Positions 27,763-40,904 of a DNA stretch of 64,000 nucleotides are shown in pieces; the stretch's first letter is position 1, and each line of letters begins with the position of its first letter. Below the pieces are notes generated by a model. That model ran no database searches. It saw only the letters and a program-made list of their open reading frames with translations, and was not told where the DNA came from. The translations under genes were made by a program, and so were the position numbers. The DNA comes from Octopus vulgaris (Eukaryota). The stretch spans positions 1,984,001 to 2,048,000 of the forward strand of contig OX597842.1 in NCBI GenBank assembly GCA_951406725.2, given 5' to 3'.

Positions 27763-27991
27763 CAGAGGGTTGGCCAAATGTCACTTGACAATAAATCAAA
27801 ATTCCATAAATACTATCTGTTATTCTGTATTGACTCAAATGGAAAAATGTGCCACTCATGAAAAACTTCAGCAATTTTTATGAGGTTTCCTACTAAGATC
27901 CTTTTATTAAATGTATTCAGTTGTTAAACATAAATAAATGTTGGATTCAAATGGTTTTAATTTACCGTCGGGTGACTTTTGGCCAACCTTG
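27763..27991. mobile_element. Tc1/mariner MITE
   Basis: TA-flanked TIRs CAGAGGGTTGGCCAAATGTCAC / GTGACTTTTGGCCAACCTTG. Confidence 0.7.
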
Positions 27992-27994
27992 TAT

Positions 27995-28050
<56 letters not shown>

Positions 28051-30259
28051 GGGGTTAAACCCAGGTGTTATTCAAATTATTTTAAGTGTGCATTTAACTC
28101 CATTTATTTATTTATATATATTATACAAAACATTTCATGTAAACCCAAAGTTTCCACCTTTAAAAACAAGGAGTTACAAACTTTTTACTCGTGTGATTTT
28201 TGCTACCCTGGTAACTATTTATATATTTTTTCCATGTTAATTGTTAACAAGGGAAAATACACACATCTATTTATTTATATATATATATTATATATAAATA
28301 TATATACGGAGTAAACACATAAATGTGAAACAAGGTGGAAAAAAGAGTACTCAAATACCAGGGGTAGAGTAATATGGTTTATTTAAAAGCAGCAGAAATT
28401 CAACAAAATTTCTGCTGCTTTTAAATAAAGTATATATATATATATATATATTCTGTTGTGTTTGGGGAGAGTCATTTCCTTTTTGTCCCTTATAATTTAA
28501 CACACTCACCGGTAAAATTTCCACTTATTTCTTATTTTTATTTTCCTAAAATTTTCTTTGCATCTTGCAACCTTTTCAATAGTCTTGACTCTGTCCGAAC
28601 ATGCTTTAAAATGATCTCCGTAAAAATCTTTCCATTAATATTACATGTTGAATTATGTTAGAAACACCAGCTTAATAAGGGCAAAGTTGTTTTACTAAAT
28701 TCTTCAATATTTTCAAAATTAATTGAAAAACAGCAATGTATTTCAAGAAAAATATGGTAACGAAAGTATTAAAGTGATCTAAATTTCATAATGCTTCTTA
28801 TTCTAGTCACCAGCTTAATAAATGATGAAATTATTTTACTAAATTTTTCATTGTTTTTAAAATCAACTGAAAAAAGGCAGTGTATTTCAACAGAAATCGT
28901 CGTCATCATCATTTAACATCCATTTTCCATGCTGGCATGGGTTGGACAGTTTGACAGGAGCTGGCTAGCTGAAGATCTGCCTGGGCTTCATTTTGTCTGT
29001 TTTGGCATGGTTTCTATGGTGCTTTTTACACAGCACCAGCATGGATGAATTTAAAGGATACAGATATGTCTTTTACTCTTGTAATTGTTTCAGTCATTTG
29101 ACTGCGGCCATGCAAGGATTTGTAGTGCTTAAAAGCAGTTGTATTACGACTGCTTTTAAGCACTACAAATCCTTATGAGAGACCCTCTCAAAGTAAATAA
29201 TGCAGTACTAATGAGTTCTAATAGAACCTCCACATTTAGTTGGATATAAATACTGCTATTTGTTATTAATACTGTTTCTGTTGCTATTAATCATTTCTGA
29301 GTAAAAATTGTTTTTAGATATAAATTAAAATTAATTAGTTTGACTATCCATCCACAGCAGAATGAAATGTAACTTCCAGCCTGTCAGGTTTGAACTCAGA
29401 GTTTTAGTAAATTTTAAAATCTCTTTTAAAATAGGAGTGGCTGTGTGGTAAGTAGCTTGTTTACCAACCACATGGTTCCAGGTTCAGTCCCACTGCATGG
29501 CACCTTGGGCAAGTGTCTTCTACTATAGCCTCGGGCTGACCAAAGCCTTGTGAGTGGATTTGGTAGACGGAAACTGAAAGAAGCCCATCGTATATATATA
29601 TGTATGTGTGTGTGTATATGTTTGTGTGTGTGTGTTTGTCCCCCTAGCATTGCTTGACAACCGATGCTGGTGTGTTTATGTCCCCGTTACTTAGCGGTTC
29701 GGCAAAAGAGACCGAAAGAATAAGTACTGGGCTTACAAAGACTAAGTACCGGGGTCGAGTTGCTCGATTAAAGGCGGTGCTCCAGCATGGCCGCAGTCAA
29801 AATGACTGAAACAAGTAAAAAGAGAAATAAAGAGAAAGAGAGTCATGTCGTCCCTCTACAACACCAAAACCATTCTTCTCCAGCCCTTTACTCTCATACT
29901 TTACTCCACTCTACCCCTTTTTCTCAATAAGCTTTCCTTTTAAGGTTATTCTATGAATCTGCCTTCAGCTTTGATGACCGATTCAATGCAGGACCAGAAT
30001 CATTGAAATGCTTGCCTTGTGAGTGAATATAGTTGATGGAAACTGAAAGAAGACTGGAGTCTGGCACAGACCCTCAGCTCACGGGCCGTAATCAAACCAT
30101 CAAACCCATGCCAGCATGGACAACAGATGTTAAATGATGATGACGACGATGATGATGTGTGTGTTTGTCCCTCCCCGCTGGAAGGATGAAGTATTTTTTT
30201 TTTTTTTTTTGTACTTGTTTCAGTCATTTGACTGCGGCCATGCTGGAGCACCGCCTTTA

Positions 30260-30423
30260 GAGTGGTGAAAGAGTACAGCAGGGATCACCACCTCCTGTTG
30301 GAGCCTCGTGGAGCTTTTAGGTGTTTTCGCTCAATAAACACACACAACGCCCGGTCTGGGAATCGAAACCGCGATCCTCCGACCGCAAGTCCGCTGCCCT
30401 AACCACTAGGCCATTGCGCCTCC
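30260..30423 (-). mobile_element. tRNA-derived SINE family C (representative)
   Basis: Head GGCGCAATGGCCTAGTGGTTAGGGCAGCGGAC...GGTTTCGATTCCC. Related copies at 3545-3747, 10885-11210, 11475-11612 and 27255-27350. Confidence 0.75.
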
Positions 30424-32130
30424 ACAATGCTGTGGATCCTAAATGTTTTAATAAGGTTCAGTACCTTCCCCCAAACCTATATAAGCCTTATTCATTTCAG
30501 ACATCACCTGGATGATGGCTGTCTTCAATGGAGCTACAATACAGTAAAGATGTCAATTAGTTTTTTTCAACGAGGCTCCTAATTAAGTAGTAGTCCATGG
30601 GCTTTGCATGCGGCAAGTTTAGAGGTCTCAAATCTGGAGGTCACAAGTTTGGTGCTACATGGTCATAAATATTGACTGACATCCATTCTTGAGTTATGTA
30701 GGTTTAGGGTAAGCTACTGAATCTTACTGAAACATGTGTAGCTTTCTATAGCAGAGTTAATCCATCAAGTGGTTAGAGAAAAACACAACACAAAGAGACA
30801 CAAACCCACACTCTAACCTTTCCTCAACTGACACAAGATAATCTCCTCCAATGATCCCTCCTATCTCAAAGGATCTTAGTGACCCTGCCAGTGCTGGTGC
30901 TCTTCTACACGTTTCAGCCATTTGACTGCGGCCATGCTGGAGCACCACCTTTAGTCGAGCAAATCAACCCCAGGACTTATTCTTTGGAAGCCTAGTACTT
31001 ATTCTTTCAGTCTCTTTTGCCAAACTGCAAAGTTACGGGGACGTAAACACACCAGCATCGGTTGTTAAGCAATGTTGGAGGGACACACAAACATACACAA
31101 ACACACACATATATACATATATATGATGGGTTTTTTCAGTTTCCGTCTAACAAATCCACTCACAAGGCTTTGGTCGGCCCAAGGCTATAGTAGAAGACAC
31201 TTAACCAAGGTGCCACGAAGTGGGAATGAACCCGGAACTATGTGGTTGGTAAGCAAGCTACTTACCACACAGCCACTCCAGTGCCTGCGGTGTATAAAAC
31301 ACCGAGTCCACACTGTAACATGTCTGGAATTTGGAAGGGTATCCAGCTGTAAAAAAACATGCCAAAACTAACCTCAACTGTGCTGGTGCCATGTAAAAAG
31401 GACTCAGCCCACTCTGCTGGTTGTTTGATGTTAGGAAGGGCATCCAGCCGTAAAAACCCTGCCAAAACTGACACAGAAATATGGTGCCTGGCTGGCTCCT
31501 GTCAAACCATTCAATCCATGCCAGAATGAAAGGTGGAAGTTAAACAATGATGATGATATCCTTCACAGGCTTCTTTCAGTTTCCTTCAACCAAATTCACT
31601 CACAAGGCTTTAGTAGAAGATACTTGGCCAAGGTGCCATGCAGTGGAATTGAACACAAGACCATATGGTTGGGAAACAAGCTTCTCAACCACACAGCCAT
31701 GCCAGTGTGTATATGTATATATTTATACTTAAATATTCTTTTTATCTTTTGTTTCAGTTATTAGACAGCAGCCATGCTGGGGTACTGACCTAAAGGATTT
31801 CAGTTGAATGCATCAACCCCACTACTTATTTTTAAGCCTGGTACTCATTCCATCAGTCTCTTCTGTTGAACTGCTAAGTCAAGGAGAGATAAACACACCA
31901 ACACTAGTTCTCATGTGGTAGTGATGCGACAAACACAAATACACACATACATACATACATATACATATATATATATAGGAGCAAGAGTGGCTGAGTGCTT
32001 CCCAACCACATGGTTGCGGTTCAGTTCCACTGCATAGCACCTTGGGCGAGTGTCTTCTTCTATAGCTTTGGACCGAAGCCTTTGTTAGTGGATTTGGTAG
32101 ATGGAAACTGAAAGAAGTCCATCATATATA

Positions 32131-32188
<58 letters not shown>

Positions 32189-33154
32189 TTTGTGTCTGTG
32201 TTTGTCACCCCATAATTGCTTGACAACCGATGTTGGTATATTTATGACCCAGTAACTTAGTGATCCAGCATATGAGACTGATAGAATAAGTAGTAAGCTT
32301 ACAAAGACTAAGTCCTGGGGTCAATTTGCTTGACTAAAGGCGGTGTTCCAGCATGGCCAGAATCAAACACTAAAACAACTAAAAGAGTAAAAGAATACAC
32401 ACACACACACACAAAAGCTCTTTCCAGTTTCTGTCAAGCAAATCCACTCACAAGGCTTTCATTGGCCAGGGGCTATAATAGAAGACACTTGCTCAAGGTG
32501 CCAAGCAGTGGGACTGAACCTAATAGCTTGTGCGTGGGAAGCACACTTCCTACCACAAACACACACACGCACCCATGTCAACATCACCATCATTTAACAT
32601 CCGTTTTCTACATTGACATGGGTTGGATGCTGGCCAGGCAGACGATTGCGCCAAAATGTCTGTGTCTGTTTTCATATGGTTTTTATAGCTGGATGCCCTT
32701 CCTAAAACAGAACATCTTTCAGAGTAAGATGAGCACTTTTTATGTGGTACCAGCACAGGCAAGGTCAGTTTGGCAAAATTTTTACAGCTGGAAGCCCACC
32801 CTAGCAAGAACCATGCAAGAAAAACAGAAATGGAAACATGGAATACAAAGTTCACTATTCAGATGTTAAATTGGCTTGCAACAGTCAAAAGGTTACAGAG
32901 AGTAATTATGATAAAACTGATAATTTCAACTCTCATGTAGCATTTTTCCCTGGGAATTTAGTAGGCTGGAGAAAGGTACGATGTGCTTTCCAATTAACAT
33001 AATAGATACAGAGGATGAGAAAAGAGAATCGGATATTTTGGGAATGAATGACAATGCTTATGGCATAGAGTAAAGATGATTATTGGATAGGAATAAACGA
33101 ACAGTGAGAAGATCTTCATTGTAGACAAACAGAATATGTAGAAAGATACATAGT

Positions 33155-36100
33155 TAGATGCTGAGTGGACAGATGGACACGGTGTGTAGATGTTGAGTGG
33201 ACAGATGGACACAGTGTGTGGATGTTGAGTGGACAGATGGACACAGTGTGTGGATGTTGAGTGGACAGATGGACACAGTGTGTGGATGTTGAGTGGATAG
33301 ATGGACACTGTGTGTGGATATTGAGTGGACAGATGGACACAGTGTGTGGATGTTGGGTTGACAGATGGACACAGTGTGTGGATGTTGAGTGGACAAAGAG
33401 ACACAGTGTGTAGATGTTGAGTGGACAGATGGACACAGTGTGTAGGTGTTGAGTGGACAGATGGACACAGTGTGTAGATGTTGAGTGGACAGATAGACAC
33501 AGTGTGTAGATGTTGAGTGGACAGATAGACACAGTGTGTAGATGTTGAGTGGACAGAGATAGACACAGTGTGTAGATGTTGAGTGGACAGAGAGACACAG
33601 TGTATAGATGTTGAGTGGACAGATGGACACAGTGTGTAGATGTTGAGTGGACAGATAGACACAGTGTGTAGATGTTGAGTGGACAGATGGACACAGTGTG
33701 TAGATGTTGAGTGGACAGATAGACACAGTGTGTAGATGTTGAGTGGACAGAGAGACACAGTGTGTAGATGTTGAGTGGACAGAGAGACAGAGTGTGTAGA
33801 TGTTGAGTGGACAGATGGACACAGTGTGTAGATGTTGAGTGGACAGATAGACACAGTGTGTAGATGTTGAGTGGACAGATGGACACAGTGTGTAGATGTT
33901 GAGTGGACAGATAGACACAGTGTGTAGATGTTGAGTGAACAGATATACACAGTGTGTGGATGTTGAGTGGACAGAGAGACACAGTGTGTAGATGTTCAGT
34001 GGACAGAGAGACACAGTGTGTAGATGTTGAGTGGATAGAGATAGACACAGTGTGTAGATGTTGAGTGGACAGATGGATACAGTGCGTAGATGCTGAGTGG
34101 ACAGAGAGACACAGTGTGTAGATGTTGAGTGGACAGAGATAGACACAGTGTGTAGATGTTGAGTGGAGAGATAGACACAGTGTGTAGATGTTGAGTGGAC
34201 AGATAGACACAGTGTGTAGATGTTGAGAGGAGAGATAGACACATTGTGTAGATGTTGAGAGGAGAGATAGACACAGTGTGTAGATGTTGAGTGGACAGAG
34301 AGACACAGTGTGTAGATGTTGAGTGGACAGAGAGACACAGTGTGTAGATGTTGAGTGGACAGAGAGACACAGTGTGTAGATGTTGAGTGGACAGAGAGAC
34401 ACAGTGTGTAGATGTTGAGTGGACAGATAGACACATTGTGTAGATGTTGAGTGGACAGATAGACACAGTGTGTAGATGTTGAGTGGACAGATAGACACAG
34501 TGTGTAGATGTTGAGTGGACAGAGAGACACAGTGTGTAGATGTGGAGTGGACAGATAGACACAGTGTGTAGATGTTGAGTGGACAGATAGACCCATTGTG
34601 TAGATGTTGAGTGGACAGATAGACACAGAGTGTAGATGTTGAGTGGACAGAGAGACATAGTGTGTAGATGTTGAGTGGACAGATGGACACAGTGTGTGGA
34701 TGTTGAGTGGACAGAGAGACACAGTTTGTAGATGTTGAGTGGACAGAGAGACACAGAGCGTAGATGTTGAGTGGACAGAGAGATACAGCGTGTAGATGTT
34801 GAGTGGACAGAGAGACACATTGTGTAGATGTTGAGTGGACAGAGAGACACAGTTTGTAGATGTTGAGTGGACAGATGGACACAGTGTGTAGATGTTGAGT
34901 GGACAGAGAGACACAGTTTGTAGATGTTGAGTGGACAGATGGACACAGTGTGTGGATGTTGAGTGGACAGAGAGACACAGTGTGTAGATGTTGAGGGGAC
35001 AGAGAGACAGTGTGTAGATGTTGAGTGGACAGATAGACACATTGTGTAGATGTTGAGAGGAGAGATAGACACATTGTGTAGATGTTGAGTGGACAGATAG
35101 ACACAGAGTGTAGATGTTGAGTGGACAGAGAGACATAGTGTGTAGATGTTGAGTGGACAGAGAGAGACACAAAGTGTAGATGTTGAGTGGAGAGATAGAC
35201 ACAGTGTGTAGATGTTGAGTGGAGAGAGAGACGCAGTGTGTAGATGTTGAGTGGAGAGATAGACACAGTGTGTAGATGTTGAGTGGAGAGAGAGAGAGAC
35301 GCAGTGTGTAGATGTTGAGTGGACAGAGAGACACAGTTCGTAGATGTTGAGTGGACAGAGAGACACAGAGCGTAGATGTTGAGTGGACAGAGAGACACAG
35401 TTTGTAGATGTTGAGTGGAGAGAGAGAGACACAGTTCGTAGATGTTGAGTGGACAGAGAGACACAGAGCGTAGATGTTGAGTGGAGAGAGAGAGACGCAG
35501 TGTGTAGATGTTGAGTGGACAGAGAGACATAGTGTGTAGATGTTGAGTGGACAGATAGACACAGTGTGTAGATGTTAAGGGGACAGATGGACACAGTGTG
35601 TAGATGTTAAGGGGACAGATGGACACAGTGTGTAGATGTTGAGTGGACAGAGAGACACAGTGTGTAGATGTTGAGTGGACAGAGAGACACAGTGTGTAGA
35701 TGTTAAGGGGACAGATGGACACAGTGTGTAGATGTTGAGTGGACAGATGGACACAGTGTGTGGATGTTGAGTGGACAGAGAGACACAGTGTGTAGATGTT
35801 AAGGGGACAGATGGACACAGTGTGTAGATGTTGAGTGGACAGATGGACACAGTGTGTAGATGTTGAGTGGACAGATGGACACAGTGTGTAGATGTTGAGT
35901 GGACAGAGAGACACAGTGTGTAGATGTTGAGTGGACAGAGAGACACAGTGTGTAGATGTTAAGGGGACAGATGGACACAGTGTGTAGATGTTGAGGGGAC
36001 AGATGGACACAGTGTGTAGATGTTGAGTGGACAGAGAGACACAGTGTGTAGATGTTGAGTGGACAGAGAGACACAGTGTGTAGATGTTGAGTGGACAGAT

Positions 36101-37350
36101 GGACACAGTGTGTAGATGTTGAGTGGACAGATGGACACAGTGTGTAGATGTTAAGGGGACAGATGGACACAGTGTGTAGATGTTGAGTGGACAGAGAGAC
36201 ACAGTGTGTAGATGTTAAGGGGACAGATGGACACAGTGTGTAGATGTTGAGTGGACAGATGGACACAGTGTGTGGATGTTGAGTGGACAGAGAGAGACAC
36301 AGTGTGTAGATGTTGAGTGGACAGAGATAGACACAGTGTGTAGATGTTGAGTGGACAGAGAGACACAGTGTGTAGATGTTGAGTGGAGAGATAGACACAG
36401 TGTGTAGATGTTGAGTGGACAGAGAGACACAGTGTGTAGATGTTGAGTGGACAGAGAGACACAGTGTGTAGATGTTAAGGGAACAGATGGACACAGTGTG
36501 TAGATGTTGAGTGGACAGAGAGACACAGTGTGTAGATGTTGAGTGGACAAAGAGACACAGTGTGTAGATGTAGAGTGGACAGAGAGACACAGTGTGTAGA
36601 TGTTGAGTGGACAGATGGACACAGAGTGTAGATGCTGAGTGGACAGAGATAGACACAGTGTGTAGATGTTGAGTGGACAGATGGACACAGTGTGTGGATG
36701 TTGAGTGGACAGAGAGACACAGTGTGTAGATGTTGAGTGGACAGATGGACACAGTGTGTAGATGTTGAGTGGACAGATGGACACAGTGTGTGGATGTTGA
36801 GTGGACAGATAGACACAGTGTGTAGATGTTGAGTGGACAGAGATAGATACAGTGTGTCGATGTTGAATGGACAGATGGACACAGTGTGTAGATGTTGAGT
36901 GGACAGAGAGACACAGTGTGTAGATGTTGAGTGGACAGAGAAACACAGTGTGTAGATGTTGAGTGGACAGAGAGACACAGTGTGTAGATGTTAAGTGGAC
37001 AGAGAGACACAGTGTGTAGATGTTGAATGGACAGATAGACACAGTGTGTAGATGTTGAGTGGACAGAGAGACACAGTGTGTAGATGTTGAGTGGACAGAG
37101 ATAGACACAGTGTGTAGATGTTGAGTGGACAGAGATAGACACAGAGTGTAGATGTTGTGTGGACAGAGAGACACAGTGTGTAGATGTTGAGTGGACAGAT
37201 AGACACATTTTTAGATGTTGAGTGGACAGATAGACACATTTTTAGATGTTGAGTGGACAGAGAGACACGCTGTGTAGATGTTGAGTGGACAAATAGACAC
37301 AGTGTGTAGATGTTGAGTGGAGAGATAGATATAGAGCGTAGATGTTGACT
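33155..37350. repeat. 32-bp minisatellite, about 130 units
   Basis: Unit GACACAGTGTGTAGATGTTGAGTGGACAGA[TG/TA/GA], with 34-36-bp variants caused by GA slippage. Confidence 0.97.
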
Positions 37351-37989
37351 GAAAGACCAATGTACAATGATACACTGGAGTATGAAAAGTAATTAAGAAG
37401 TTATCTAGATTCCACTGCAAAGACGAAAAATATTTCTAGACTTTCTTAAAAAAACGTATGAGCATGTTGTATATAATTTTAATTATATACATGTACAATA
37501 GTTAATTTGTTTATAACTATATAACGAAGTGACAAGTAAAACTGAAAAGATGATCAAAAGATTTTCTGTATCTTAACTTTAAAACATTAATTTCTCTTAT
37601 TTTAACTTTACATCTGAGGTATGTCAGCAACTTGCCATTTCATTTACAGCATGGCACCAAAACATCAAAAAGATTACGAAATGCTTGTCTGCTGCATAAT
37701 TAAGTCTTATACTCTCTTTTTGTTCTTTCATGCATTTTTTTTGTTGGTATTTTTGGTACTTTTTTTTTTACTTCTGTTCCATTCCTTTTTTTCTGAAATT
37801 CTTATCCATGCATACATTTGGCAAAAAGAAGAAAAAAAAACAGCAAAAACAAAGGAAAGAAAAAAGACAAAAAGCACAAATATTCTTCACAACATCAAAC
37901 ATGAAATCAAAATGGAAGAAATTAAATTTAAAACATTAATCATAGTGATGTATTTCTTAATTCTTTATTCATTTATTTATTGTTCTTTT

Positions 37990-40194
37990 GGCTAGCACCA
38001 TTTTCTTGCAATCTTTTAAAGATTTCAAACACAAAGACACACTGAAAGCCAATGAAATTTTCAAAAATTATCTTCTCGACTATATATCTTTGGTTCTGTT
38101 AGAGCCAATATTTTATTCATCATTGTCCTTCCAAATTTTGGACACGAATGTTCCTATAAAAGCCAAGAATTATTTTTTAAAATTATCTTCATAATAGCAT
38201 GTCTTTGGTTCTGCTGGTGCCAATTTATTCTTCATCATCTTTTCAAAATTTCAGACATAAATGTCCTGATAGAAGCTGTCGAAATTTTTTTATAATTCTC
38301 TACATGATAGTATATTTTTGGTCCTAATGGTACCTATATTTGGTCCACTGTTGTCCTTTTAAAATTTCACATATGACTCTTCCTAATAGAAGCAATGAAA
38401 TTCTTCAAAATAATCTTCACATTGGTGAATTTTTGGTAGGACTAACATTAATAGTAAATTTGTCATTGTTTTTGCAGAATTCCAAAAGGAATATCTTTAA
38501 AAAACACAAAGATTTTTAAAAATGATATTCACAATGGTATATCTCTGGTTTTACAAGTACCAATATTTCGTATATCATATTGTCGTTTCAAAATTTCAAA
38601 TATGTATGTTCCAAAAGATGTAACGAAATTCTTGAAAATAATCTTCACATTGTTCTATCTTTGGTTGCTCTCTTCTCATTGTTCTTGCAAATATTCAATA
38701 TCAATATTTGTACAAAAACAATGATATTTCTAAATATAATATTCACAATGGTATATCTTAGGTTTTGCTAGTACCAATATTTCATTTATATCATTGTATT
38801 TTCAAAATTTCAAATATGCATCTTCCAACAGAAACAATAAAATTCTTAAGAATATTCATTTTGGTGTATCTTTGCTTCTGCTACTGCCATTATTTCATTC
38901 ATCATTGTTCTTCCAAAATTTCAAATATGTAAGTCCATGCAGAAGTAATAAAATTTTCAAAAGATCATTTTCATGATGGTGTGTCTTTGGTTCTACAGGC
39001 ACCAATATTCCAAACTTGAAATATAAACATGTCTATGAACATAAACGAGATGGAATTTCAAAATGGCCAGAGCAATGGATATCTCGGGTACTTGGTTTCA
39101 TTCAAGGATTAAATTTTAAACAGTGAGAAAGGGTCATTGTCATTTCAAAAGTGATTCCAATGATGGTGTCTTTGATTCTGCCAGTGACAAATATTCAATA
39201 TACAAAGCAGGAATATTTTCATACAGTAACAAAATTTAAACAATGATTTTAGATAAAAATGTCTTAGGTTTTCTCAAGTTCCAATATTTTAGGCTTCAAA
39301 ACTATAGACAAGATGAAATCTCAAAATGTTCTGGGCAATGGATATCTTGGGTGGTTGGTTCCATTGGTGCCAACAATGGTTGATTAAAACATAATAGAGA
39401 TTTAGTGTCATCAGGGGCTTCAAAAGTCATTGCAATGGTGGTTCCTTTGGTTCTACTGGTACCGAAAATTCAATATATAAAACAGGAAATATTTCCATAG
39501 AGTAACGAAATTTAAACAGTGATCTTAGATGTCTTAGGTTTTCTCAAGTGCCAATATTCTAGGTTTCAATCGTAACTATCAACAGAGATGAAAATTCAAA
39601 ATGCTCAGCGAAATGGAGGTTTTAGTGGTCGGTTCCACAAATGTCACTGTTTAACTTTAGAGTAGGTGCAAGAGGCTGTATCTGGTAAGTTTGACCATAA
39701 AACAGGTAGAATATTTGGACCAGGTATGGTCAGTTTAAACATTAATGAGTAAAAAGGTTAGAACAGCTGATTCTTTTAGAGCATGGGTATGCTAGCACCA
39801 ATATTTTGCTAGCTCCTATATTCACCAATTAAAAATTGAATATTAGAAAGATTGGAAAAAAACCTTAGTGAAAGATTTTCTGGGTTTTGCTCGCATCAAT
39901 ATACAATGATTAACAAATGAATTTCAAAAGGGCATTCACAAAATTTAAAAATTCAAAAAGTGACCTCAGCGTGCAACCTCTTTGGTTTTGCTAGAGTCAA
40001 TATTCACTCAGTGGCATTTACCATCTGCATAGCTGGATTCACTAGGTCATAAGTTATTGACCTCATTTTCCAAAGATATAGTTTACTCAAGTCGACAAGT
40101 TCCTGTGAAAGAATAACATTCGATATTGGTCTGCTGGTACGTCTTTGGATGAGTTACTCAGGTATGAAGTCTAGCTGCAACAGCTTGCTAAGTG
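37990..40194 (-). pseudogene. Decayed THEG-repeat array (probable 3' UTR of the THEG-like gene)
   Basis: About 16 recognisable units at roughly 110-120 bp spacing translate as ILxLAKPK-like motifs (ILTLAKPKR, ILMRAKPRK, ILVPVEPKT, ILVLAKPKI, ILALTEPKI), with stops and frameshifts. AATAAA on the minus strand at 37964-37977. Confidence 0.7.
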
Positions 40195-40758
40195 CTAACA
40201 TCTTGAAAATCTCGGAGGAATCTTAAAGGGAAACTTTTTAGGTTGTGCTAGCTGCATTATTCGGTCGGAGGCTTTTGCAATCTGCGTACCTGGATGCACT
40301 TGGAAAGGGTTGAAGTTTATACGCCTTGTTTTCCGAATAATTGGTTTACTCAGTTCCACAATTCTTTGAGAAGGAATTACATTCAGCATCGCTCTATTAA
40401 TGGGTCTTTGGACTGGTTGTATAGGTACAAAATCTGGATGTAGTGGCTTGCTAAGTGCTAACTTCTCCATCCTTGAACTTAGTGGAATATGACAGGGATG
40501 GCGCTGAGAATTTAAGGAGTCCTCTCTTTCATATTTGGGAGTTATCTTTCGTTCTAATGGAATGGCAAGTTCAGAGATTCGATTTGATGCAACTGCAGTT
40601 TTAGCTTTGCGACTTATTTTGATAGGAAGTATTATTGGTGCTTGAAAATCTTTGGGTGGTCGCTTTGGGAGGGCCAGGAAATCCAACCTCGAGCTACACT
40701 TCTTAGGGATCCTTTTGACTGGTTTTGATACATACGTACCTCTGGTTGGAATAAACAT
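40195..40758 (-). CDS. THEG/SPMAP2-like sperm microtubule-associated repeat protein (likely terminal coding exon)
   Basis: 187-aa non-repetitive ORF with recurring S-x-R-x-x-x-L-[AS]-x-P-[KL] units (SSRLDFLALPK, SNRISELAIPL, SSRMEKLALSKPLHPDF, SQRIVELSKP, SDRIMQLAQPK), typical of the THEG repeat. A possible acceptor ccaaccAG puts the exon start at 40741, so the ATG at 40758 may not be the true start. Confidence 0.8.
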   Translation of the reverse strand: MFIPTRGTYVSKPVKRIPKKCSSRLDFLALPKRPPKDFQAPIILPIKISRKAKTAVASNRISELAIPLERKITPKYEREDSLNSQRHPCHIPLSSRMEKLALSKPLHPDFVPIQPVQRPINRAMLNVIPSQRIVELSKPIIRKTRRINFNPFQVHPGTQIAKASDRIMQLAQPKKFPFKIPPRFSRC

Positions 40759-40819
40759 TTCAAGTCAATAATTGGATTCATTCTCCACACACACAAAAAT
40801 ACAATTATACATACATACA

Positions 40820-40880
<61 letters not shown>

Positions 40881-40904
40881 ATGTACACACACATACACAC
40901 AAGA

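Noticed and set aside
33116-37239. Very long Cys/His-rich ORFs (up to 1028 aa)
   Set aside because: Read-through of a 32-bp minisatellite. The unit is not a multiple of 3 and all three minus frames give the same peptide.
40195-40197. A-to-I recoding of the THEG UAG stop to extend the protein
   Set aside because: The homologous continuation is in a different frame and the same frame hits another TAG seven codons later.
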